In this document: positions 19,542-27,467 of the stretch, in pieces | Numbering within the stretch: the first letter of the stretch is position 1 | How the letters are laid out: each line of letters starts with the position of its first letter | Assembly: GCA_009776735.1 (NCBI GenBank) | Contig: WRNG01000002.1 | Coordinates: 1-54,234 of the forward strand | DNA length: 54,234 bases | Source of the DNA: Dehalococcoidia bacterium | Lineage (GTDB): Bacteria > Chloroflexota > Dehalococcoidia > Dehalococcoidales > UBA1222 | Reading direction: 5' to 3' | Notes under the pieces: model-generated | Seen by the model: only the letters and a program-made list of their open reading frames with translations | Told to the model about the DNA's origin: nothing | Database searches by the model: none | Translations under genes and position numbers: made by a program

Positions 19542-20581
19542 AATATAATTACATGGCTATCGCTAAATTCAATTACTTGCCCAATTTCACGGGCTTGATG
19601 AACCCCCAGTTCATGCAGGTGGCTTAAAAGGGCGTCACTTTTTTCGGGTGCGACGCATATAAGAAGCCCACCTGATGTTTGCGGGTCGTAAAGAACACTC
19701 ATCGTATCTTCGTCAATACCAACGGCTTTTACGGAAGAGTTGCGGAATTCCCAATTGGCATACATCCCTTCAGGAATTAGTCCCATGTTGGCAAACTGCA
19801 ATGATTCTGGGATTATGGGGACTTTTTTGCTATCGATTTCGATGGCAACCATGCTACTTTCGGCAATTTCGGCGGCATGCCCGATTAGTGCGAACCCAGT
19901 GACATCCGTACAGGCATGTACGCCGATTTTCAACATGGCTTGACAGGCCTTATTGTTTAAAAAGGACATTTGCTCCACCAGCTTATCAGTTACTGGTGAT
20001 GGCAACATCTCCGCTTTAAGAGCGGTGGTTAAGATGCCGGTTCCGACTGGTTTGGTAATTATCAATTTATCTCCTACTTGGGCTCCCCCTTTGGTGATTA
20101 TATGTTCAGGATGAATAGTCCCAGTCACCGAAAGACCGAATTTGACTTCGTCATTGCGTACGCTATGGCCACCTACCAATATCACCCCAGCCTCGTCTAG
20201 TTTGGAGAGTGCTCCTTGCAGGATTCTTGATAAAACGGAGATATCCATACTTTCCGATGGAAACCCGACAATATTCATGGCAGTGATAGGCTTACCACCC
20301 ATTGCGTAAATATCAGATAATCCATTGGCAGCTGCGATCATGCCGAAACTGTATGGCTCATCAACAATTGCTGCAATCATATCAACAGATTCTACGATGG
20401 CGAGGTTGTCGTTTAGTTTGTACACGCCCGCATCATCCCTCATTCCAGCCAAAACATTTTCGTTCTGTTGGATTTTAAGGCATCCTAAAGCTTGTGCTAA
20501 GTCACCCGGACTTAGTTTTGCCCCTCACCCAGAATAACGTGCGAGAGAAGTAAGCCTAACCTCTTGATTGTTTTCCGCCAA
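19538..20581 (-). CDS. selD: selenide, water dikinase (selenophosphate synthetase), selenocysteine-containing form
   Basis: The ORF track starts at 20452. The frame stays open upstream except for one TGA (20527..20525). That gives (TTG 20581)-AENNQEVRLTSLARYSG-U-GAKLSPGDLAQAL..., matching the SelD G-[C/U]-G-x-K active site. AAGGAG lies 6 nt upstream of the TTG. Confidence 0.85.
20497..20515 (-). promoter_or_regulatory. SECIS-like hairpin downstream of the selD UGA
   Basis: Minus strand reads CUAAGUC-CGGGU-GACUUAG (7-bp stem, G/U-containing loop), beginning 9 nt after the UGA. Confidence 0.6.
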
Positions 20582-21181
20582 GGTATTCTCCTTAGAAATG
20601 AGTACTGCTAAAGCTCTATAGTATATCATTATTCTTGGCATAAGCTATAAAGAAAATTTGTTGGCGAGAAAGATATCGTTATTGTTATGTATACTTGTAT
20701 TCTGCTCAGCAAAAAGTGAACAAATAGTAAACGGCAAAACATAAAATGATTCGCTACTATCAGGGTAGTTAAAGAATACAAAGAAGTGACTTGCAGTGGT
20801 TTATTAATTGGTGCTCTTTGTAAACAAATAACCACTGGAAATCACGTGGCATATACATAAAACACGCAACATAGAACAGGAAAGATATAGGCGGATTTCG
20901 GCACACGCTCGCTCATTAACAACTTAATGTAGTCATCAATCTACACTCAAAGGATACGACTGCCATGGCAACCAAGATACTATCACAAAGGTTGCCTGCA
21001 TAGCGTCCACAGAACTTTTCCTGAATGAAACAGGAAGATTTCTAAAGCAGGGCAGATACTCCATTTGGTAATACTGATTTCGTCAGAAGTTCAGTTAACT
21101 TTTCATTTGACGCTAAGAGTAGCCTGCTATTTTCATGGTGGATCCGTCGCCGATAGTTTTTCTATTTGCTATAATTACTGT

Positions 21182-22135
21182 ATGTCAGAAGTAATGAAAA
21201 CCGCATGGGAATGGTTTATGAACTATGGACTTCCTATAGTGATTATCGTCGTAGTTGCTATTATTTTGTTCTTGGTAGTGAGGAAAATTATTCCCAAAAT
21301 TTTAGAAGGCTCAATTCATATCAGCAGAAAAGATAAACGAGCACGCGAGCATATTGCCCGTAGAACGCGTACCTTAAGTAATATTTTAGTGAATGTAGTT
21401 GGTATCGTTATTGCTATAATAGCTTTGGCAATGGTGTTAGATAAGTTGAATATTCCCATTGCTCCCCTTCTTACCGGAGCCGGTATTGTTGGCATTGCTG
21501 TTGGTTTGGGCGCACAGAGTTTGATAAAAGACCTGATATCCGGAATATTTATCCTTGTTGAAGACCAGTATAACTATGGCGACGAAGTAGCGGTAGCTGG
21601 GGTGAGAGGAGAGGTTATTGAGGTAGGTTTTCGTCGCACTGTGCTACGAGATTCCAGCGGCACAGTTCATAACATCCCCAACAGTGCTATTGTTTTGACC
21701 AGTAATTATACGCGAGGTGTGGCTCGGATTAATCTAGATTTACCTGTTGATTATGGCACAGATTTGGATCATGCCATGAGTGTTATCAACCGAGTAGGTG
21801 AAGAAATGGCTCAAGAGAAACACTTTAAAAAGCGTATTCTCTCTCCACCGAGAGCACTGCGTGTCAATAATTTTGCTGACTCTGGAATTGAGATAAGAGT
21901 AACTGGCGATACTGCTCCTGGAAGTCAGTGGGAAGTAACCGGAGAGTTTCGCAAACGCATTAAAAAGGCTTTTGAAATGGAAGGTATTGAGATACCTTGG
22001 CCACATATTAAGCTACATATCGCAGAGGGCCTTAGTCAAGCTTGTAATTCGTGTCACCTGCCCATGCCTGTCGGGGCAGCTTTTTGCCCAAAATGTGGCT
22101 TACCGACAAGTGGTATCGCGCCAATAGATATGTGA
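21182..22135 (+). CDS. MscS-family mechanosensitive channel with C-terminal zinc-ribbon
   Basis: TM helices followed by an MscS beta-domain pattern (GDEVAVAGVRGEVIEVGFRRTVLRDSSGTVHNIPNS). C-terminus CNSC...CPKCG. The ATG at 21182 (MSEVMKTAWEW...) is preferred over the track start 21065. Confidence 0.85.
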   Translation: MSEVMKTAWEWFMNYGLPIVIIVVVAIILFLVVRKIIPKILEGSIHISRKDKRAREHIARRTRTLSNILVNVVGIVIAIIALAMVLDKLNIPIAPLLTGAGIVGIAVGLGAQSLIKDLISGIFILVEDQYNYGDEVAVAGVRGEVIEVGFRRTVLRDSSGTVHNIPNSAIVLTSNYTRGVARINLDLPVDYGTDLDHAMSVINRVGEEMAQEKHFKKRILSPPRALRVNNFADSGIEIRVTGDTAPGSQWEVTGEFRKRIKKAFEMEGIEIPWPHIKLHIAEGLSQACNSCHLPMPVGAAFCPKCGLPTSGIAPIDM

Positions 22136-22159
22136 AAAACTGAGACCTATCGCCTTAGA

Positions 22160-22348
22160 TACGATTTTAAGACAGGCACTCTTTTGAGGGTTGTTTGCTA
22201 TGCTAAGGATATATCCCGCAAAATCCGCTCTATCAGAGTTACCAGTGCCAAGCAAGGTAAGTTCAAGGGAAGCAAATCACAGTATGGCTTGATTAAGTCG
22301 ACTGAGAACAAACATCAGTTGGTAGTTGATGCTCCGGCCTCTGAAGTG
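22160..22348 (+). pseudogene. internal fragment of a large serine recombinase (alpha-E helix / start of recombinase domain)
   Basis: Plus-strand translation YDFKTGTLLRVVCYAKDISRKIRSIRVTSAKQGKFKGSKSQYGLIKSTENKHQLVVDAPASEV fits the ...Y[AS]xDxSxKIR...GK...YG...VD..A.EV pattern. There is no catalytic domain upstream and no continuation downstream. Confidence 0.55.
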
Positions 22349-22719
22349 GCAAGCCCTTCTAGCAATGCTTCCAGCAAAATACCTTCTGACCCTTCTGAAA
22401 TGGTTTCGGTAGCCGAGATTACTTTGACACCGTTCTTTTTGAGTATGGCTTTATAATGAGCGCTGTCAAAACGATTACGAGAGAAGCGGTCTAATTTCCA
22501 AACAATCACTACCTCGAAAAGTCGCTTATAACTCTCGCGAATCATACGCTGGAATTCCGGTCTGTCATCTGTTTTGGCTGACAAGGCTCGGTCAATATAA
22601 GTGCCGACAAGGGTAATGCCGTTACGCTCGGCGTATGCCTTACACTCACGTAGTTGTCCTTCTATGGATTCTTCACGTTGGTTATCAGAACTGTACCTAG
22701 CGTAGATGATGCCGTTCAA
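22315..22719 (-). pseudogene. serine recombinase, N-terminal catalytic (resolvase) domain only, 3'-truncated
   Basis: 134 aa with YARYSSDNQ (catalytic Ser), DRALSAKTDDRPEFQRM, KLDRFSRN, LLEALLEGLA. Homology stops near 22348, where it meets the plus-strand fragment. There is no DNA-binding domain. Confidence 0.75.
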
Positions 22720-23546
22720 GATTTATCGCCACCCAATTTATTTTTAGATTCCAGACGCTTAACTGCTATATCGTTGGTCAGAATGTGCATCTGACTGATA
22801 GCCACCGCGTTAAGTTTTTCCAATCGTTCAGGTTGAGATAACCCTTCGTTTATGAATACATCGTTCAGGCTTTCCAAATTAGAAAGACAAACAAGCTGTG
22901 AGATATCGGCACAATCGCGTATATTTCCTTTGAGTTTCGGGTTTTCATCACGCCATTCTTTGTCCGTCATTCCAAATAGTGCCATGTTCAAAATATCCGT
23001 TTCACTTGCATATACTGCATTCTTCTGCTTGGTGGAAAGCTGAGCAGGAATCAGGTTTTCTTTGATAGCATCTGTATGCACTCTGTAGTTGATTTTTGTG
23101 AGATTGCGCTTGATATCCCAGCCAAGCCTTAACAACTCTTCTTTTTTTAGTCGCTCGAATTCTTTGATGAGATAGATTTTGAATTGAGGGCTAATCCACA
23201 TGCCGAATTCGTAGGCAATATCTTTGTAAGCATAGGTTCCGCCGTATCGTCCGGCTGTTGCTCTCACGCCGATGGCATTTGTCTTTGCAACCCAATCTTT
23301 GACGCTGATTTTGTAACTGTTAAGACCAGCCTGACTTCTAATTGTGGCATATTCGCCATAATTAAAATTTGGATTGTGAATTTGTTCCCATACACCCAAG
23401 AACTCAATAGTGTTGCGATTACGCAACCAATCTGCGATGAAGAAATCTCCATCCTTGGCTTTGAGCATATCAGTTAGAGAAATATAATCTTTGTCATCAA
23501 CTTTCATAACGGAAATGGCGGTATTGTCTACAGTCAATTTACTCAT
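22716..23546 (-). CDS. KilA-N domain-containing DNA-binding protein
   Basis: 276 aa. N-terminal pattern ISLTDMLKAKDGDFFIADWLRNRNTIEFLGVWE...GGTYAYKDIAYEFGMWISPQFKIYL is typical of KilA-N family proteins of phages and mobile elements. Confidence 0.7.
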   Translation of the reverse strand: MSKLTVDNTAISVMKVDDKDYISLTDMLKAKDGDFFIADWLRNRNTIEFLGVWEQIHNPNFNYGEYATIRSQAGLNSYKISVKDWVAKTNAIGVRATAGRYGGTYAYKDIAYEFGMWISPQFKIYLIKEFERLKKEELLRLGWDIKRNLTKINYRVHTDAIKENLIPAQLSTKQKNAVYASETDILNMALFGMTDKEWRDENPKLKGNIRDCADISQLVCLSNLESLNDVFINEGLSQPERLEKLNAVAISQMHILTNDIAVKRLESKNKLGGDKS

Positions 23547-23767
23547 TTCTTCTTATCTCCCAACATACTAAAGAGAGCTTGTTTCAAATGGTCATGCATC
23601 GGTGACTTCGGATCAAGGCACATATCGATAAACTGTCTCATCTCCAGAGTATCTGCCATAAGCTTAGGTTTATATTTGTACAACTTCCCCTGTGGTTTAT
23701 CTGTTCTGCCAAGGATATAATCCACCGAAACATCAAAATAGTCGCCGTACTGGATTAATATATTCAA
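23543..23767 (-). pseudogene. XRE-family HTH remnant (5'-truncated), coupled to the KilA-N gene
   Basis: Only the end of an HTH_XRE domain is present (...(KAGIQRYEYDRADPTLN)ILIQYGDYFDVSVDYILGRTD). An in-frame stop lies a few codons upstream, so helices 1-2 are missing. ATGA overlap with the KilA-N start. Confidence 0.4.
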
Positions 23768-23871
23768 TGTAGGGTCAGCTCTATCATATTCATAGCGCTG
23801 AATACCGGCTTTATTTTTGGGGAAACGTCATAACAATATACGGAATGTAATTTGCGATTTCTGTTCGCTCA

Positions 23872-24255
23872 CTAAATTGAGTCTCTTCTCTCGAGAATCA
23901 AAGAATTCTTGAATACTCCACTTTTCATCTTGACTCGAATAGATACATCTTGGTCGTTCTTTCCGATAGAAATCTCATTACTCTCCATCAAGGAACCAAT
24001 CCCTGGTTTTACTGTAAGTTTTACTGTATGTTCTCCATCAGACATTCCAAAAGTTTTTAAATCATTGTCCACTATCATATCAACCCGTATACCATCCACT
24101 AGAATGTTATAAGAAACATTTCTGGTAGAAAACTGCGGTGGTCGCTCAATAGTTAACTTTCTGCTCTGTGATTCAGCCCCCTTGGTATTGAACCCGCATT
24201 TCTTACAAAAATTGGCTTCTTCGACAATTAATTCACCGCAGTTTGAACAAAACAT
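23872..24255 (-). CDS. zinc-ribbon domain protein, function unknown
   Basis: MFCSNCGELIVEEANFCKKCG at the N-terminus. GGAGA lies 7 nt upstream of the ATG at 24255, so the track start 24324 is probably too long. About 100 aa of beta-rich sequence follow. Confidence 0.6.
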   Translation of the reverse strand: MFCSNCGELIVEEANFCKKCGFNTKGAESQSRKLTIERPPQFSTRNVSYNILVDGIRVDMIVDNDLKTFGMSDGEHTVKLTVKPGIGSLMESNEISIGKNDQDVSIRVKMKSGVFKNSLILERRDSI

Positions 24256-24508
24256 ACGATTCTCTCCTTGTAGTTCCTCTATTCGCATTATTATTTTCAA
24301 TAACAAAACTATATTACAAACCATTAAGATTATAACTCTACACGTAAACTAGCGCCACGTTTTCGTTCATAGTGGCACGGGCATGCACGGAGTTTATGAT
24401 GTAGCGCACGCATTGCAAATAGTTATGACAATGCATTACCATTTTAGTAGAATGCACAAAGAGATATGGCTGTCAGTTATCTTATAGTAGCCATAGTAGG
24501 AAGTTTTC

Positions 24509-26548
24509 ATGGGGATAATGATTGCGATTGTTTTATCGTCAGTTGTGGTTTCTTTCGTTATTTTCGTAGTAATGCTTGTGTCTGGTAATCTTGCTGGGGC
24601 AGTTATATTCATCGGGATAGTAGGTATAGTTGGTCTTTTTGTGATTCTGTTTGGTACAACAATTATTGCGAAAGGCATATCAAAAACCAGCAGGCTAACA
24701 CAATTGGATCAACTTGACAGAGAACTCAAATCACTTATTGATAAAGCTGAAGTTAACCCAAAAATGTTTTCTTGCAAAATGCGTACGCTTTGTAATTTAG
24801 GCAACATATATATTTCGATGCTACTCGTTTTATTTATACTAAGTGCGATTGGAGTTACATCAATCTGTATTCTACTTGGCAAAAACGTAGGGATTTCAGG
24901 ACCCATCATAGTTTTCTTTTGCCTAGCCACTTATTACATATTCAAGATAACTAATATCCAGAATAAGCTACCGGATATGCCATTTATTTCAAGAGCTGAA
25001 TTCCCTGTTTTCTTTAGGTTACTAGATGAGACTACTGACAAAATTTGCATAAAACGTATGAACAGGGTATATCTTAGTCAGGATGCGAATTGTGCTGTTG
25101 CCAACCATAAAATTGGCTCAGAAAACTATGACATAATATGTGTGGGAATTTACTTGCTGGGGGTACTTAATAAGAGCGAGCTTAAGTCATGTTTCTTTCA
25201 TGAGCTAGCACATATTAGTAACAAAGACACGAAGATATCCAAAAAAGTTTCAGATTATGCAACTGTCTGGGAGAATATTAGTTCTACAATCAATGAAAGG
25301 GGATTTCTTGCCCAAGCCCTTTTAAGGAACTTCTCGTTATATTACTCTGTCAAACTTCATATTTATCGTATGGCAAGCTCAAAGCAAAGGGAATTCTTAG
25401 CTGATAAAATAGCTCTATCCTATTCATCTCCTCAAGTGTATGCCACCGCTCTGGCTAAAACAGAATTAATACATTACTATTTGACAAAACAAGATGGTTT
25501 CAAACTATTAGAAATCAGAGACGAAAAAACACCCCCCGATAACTATTACAACAGGATACTTTCAGCTTTTTATGACGCTGTTCACACACAGAAGGACAAT
25601 TGGCTTTCTCAAATTAAAAAACGTATATCAACCAAGTATGATTATCATCTAGCTTTCACAGACAGGCTCAAGGCCATCAAAACGGAGATCTTTTCCGATA
25701 ATATTATCTTTGCTGAGAGCGATAGCGTCTATCAAAACGAAATTCGCGCAATTATTAGAAAAATGAATGTTTTATGGGCTCAAGACATAGCGCCGTTGTG
25801 GACAACTTATAGGGAAGCATACTTGGATAGCCAAGCGCTTGTCGATAACTATTCCGAAATAACTGGTGAAGCAAAACAGATTGAATATGGGATGGCTTTG
25901 GAAAATATAAATAAAACTGATAAAGCACTATGCGTATACGACAAAATGCTTGAAGAAAATCCTAGTTGTGCAAGCGCATTGTTCCGCAAGGGGCAGATTC
26001 TCTTGGGGCGCCTTGATGACAACGGGCTGGAGTTAGTAATAAAGGCAGTTGAACTAGACAGTGCATTTATTGCAAATGGTCTTTTACTAATCAGGGAGTA
26101 TCAAGTTGCTAACGGCATGGGAAAAAGAATAAACGAACTTGAAGAATGGACCATAGAGAAAAATCGAATACATGCTGAAAAGCAAGCCGAGGCCAGTAAA
26201 AATTCTGTCTCTGATAACTATCTTCCATGTGACTTAGACGCAGAAACTATTGAAAAAATCCGAAAGCTATTGTATGAGTTTGAATCTATAAAGAAAGCGT
26301 ATTTAGTAAAAAAAGAGTTGCGGTACTCAACTGATAATTATTATATTATTGCAATACAGAGAAAGCCATTCTCATCAGTTTTTACAACCAAGCTTGTTAT
26401 TGAGTTAAATAAGCTTGGTTTTGTTTATGCTATAGAGGATTTAAACACTAGCAAACAATTAATGAAGCCAATTTCCCGAGTGGAAAACGCAGAGATATAC
26501 TCAACGCACGCAAGAGCTATTCCTACACAAACCTCAAGACAAGGGTGA
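24509..26548 (+). CDS. membrane HExxH metallopeptidase-like protein (M48/M56-like) with TPR-like repeats
   Basis: 679 aa. About 4 N-terminal hydrophobic helices, FFHELAHISNKD zinc motif, TPR-like segment (ALCVYDKMLEENPSCASALFRKGQILLGRLDD), and an extra C-terminal domain. Confidence 0.65.
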   Translation: MGIMIAIVLSSVVVSFVIFVVMLVSGNLAGAVIFIGIVGIVGLFVILFGTTIIAKGISKTSRLTQLDQLDRELKSLIDKAEVNPKMFSCKMRTLCNLGNIYISMLLVLFILSAIGVTSICILLGKNVGISGPIIVFFCLATYYIFKITNIQNKLPDMPFISRAEFPVFFRLLDETTDKICIKRMNRVYLSQDANCAVANHKIGSENYDIICVGIYLLGVLNKSELKSCFFHELAHISNKDTKISKKVSDYATVWENISSTINERGFLAQALLRNFSLYYSVKLHIYRMASSKQREFLADKIALSYSSPQVYATALAKTELIHYYLTKQDGFKLLEIRDEKTPPDNYYNRILSAFYDAVHTQKDNWLSQIKKRISTKYDYHLAFTDRLKAIKTEIFSDNIIFAESDSVYQNEIRAIIRKMNVLWAQDIAPLWTTYREAYLDSQALVDNYSEITGEAKQIEYGMALENINKTDKALCVYDKMLEENPSCASALFRKGQILLGRLDDNGLELVIKAVELDSAFIANGLLLIREYQVANGMGKRINELEEWTIEKNRIHAEKQAEASKNSVSDNYLPCDLDAETIEKIRKLLYEFESIKKAYLVKKELRYSTDNYYIIAIQRKPFSSVFTTKLVIELNKLGFVYAIEDLNTSKQLMKPISRVENAEIYSTHARAIPTQTSRQG

Positions 26549-26709
26549 AATGGTTGGGTTATACTTTGTCTTATAAGCTCTCAGGCAAGTCGAAAACGAA
26601 AGCAAACGTTTCGCCAACAAAAAAATGTTGTTGGGGTTTGTATAAGTTCGATATGCACTTCATTGACAAAAAAGATGCATGATGAACTGGTCTCTTCAGG
26701 GTGCGTATA

Positions 26710-27144
26710 TTATTTTTCTGAAACAATCATAAAAATTATTTCATTTACCATCTTTTTTAAGGGCTTTTTCGACACTATACCGGTAAAACCTTCAAGGTTG
26801 CTTTCTTGAACTCCAAACAGAATCACAAATGCTTCTATAAGTATGCCATCTGGTTTAATTGTGTATTTGAAGAATTTGCCTGCGGTCGCCATGCCGCTGC
26901 CGTTACGATAAACCATTTCCTCGCCATATTTATGCGATACGTATCCGTTAGCAGCCAGCACATTGTCTATCTTCTCGCCGATTTTATAAGAGTCGCCCGA
27001 AAAGTTCACAAGTTTTATAAACCTCTTACCTTGTCTTGCTTTGCCGTCACCTTTGTTGATTTTCTTTTGTTTCATAATTAGAGGAATAGAAATGACAAGA
27101 CCAATTATGCCTCCGATTATAGCCCCAATAATAATTAGATTCAT
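26710..27144 (-). CDS. small single-pass membrane protein, function unknown
   Basis: MNLIIIGAIIGGIIGLVISIPLIM TM helix followed by a soluble domain. GAGGGG lies about 10 nt upstream of the ATG at 27144. Confidence 0.5.
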   Translation of the reverse strand: MNLIIIGAIIGGIIGLVISIPLIMKQKKINKGDGKARQGKRFIKLVNFSGDSYKIGEKIDNVLAANGYVSHKYGEEMVYRNGSGMATAGKFFKYTIKPDGILIEAFVILFGVQESNLEGFTGIVSKKPLKKMVNEIIFMIVSEK

Positions 27145-27213
27145 CAATTTTAACCCCTCTAGTAAATAATACAAGAAGTGCCGCTAGATTTCTTCATTGC
27201 CGTCGTGCATATT

Positions 27214-27305
27214 TGGCGGAGGGAGTGGGATTCGAACCCACGACCCCACTCACGTGAGGCAAGCGCTTAGCAGGCGCCCGCACTAGGCCACTATGCGATC
27301 CCTCC
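27214..27305 (-). tRNA. tRNA-Ser (anticodon GCU), class II with long variable arm, CCA encoded
   Basis: Minus strand reads GGAGGGA...GGCGC-CUGCUAA-GCGCU...GUGGGUUCGAAUCCCAC-UCCCUCC-G-CCA. Acceptor, anticodon and T arms all pair. Confidence 0.9.
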
Positions 27306-27467
27306 AACCAGCACAGATACTATATCACAATTTAAACTTCAAGCTCAAAGATAGCCTCTGTTATCGCAAGTGATACGCAATTCTTTTTAGACAGTGGAAG
27401 CAATAAACATTTTGCTTTGAAATCTATCATTCACACCATCATTATTTCCGTGGTAGAATACTCAGCT

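Larger units (their letters stand above)
22136..27213. mobile_element. remnant integrated element / genomic island next to tRNA-Ser(GCU)
   Basis: The block contains only accessory-type genes (recombinase fragments, KilA-N, XRE remnant, orphan proteins). It is visibly more AT-rich than its flanks and ends at the 3' end of a tRNA gene. No att repeat was found. Confidence 0.45.

Noticed and set aside
22136-22200. The distal island border, searched for a direct repeat of the tRNA-Ser 3' end (attR/attL partner).
   Set aside because: I saw no match to TGGCGGAGGGAGTGGGATTCGAACC or its complement by eye. The boundary is therefore defined only by gene content and composition.
27214-27305. A long-variable-arm tRNA a few kb from the sel operon, considered as possible tRNA-Sec (selC).
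   Set aside because: The anticodon loop reads CU-GCU-AA (GCU, Ser), not UCA. The acceptor and T arms have the normal 7/5 geometry. It is tRNA-Ser.
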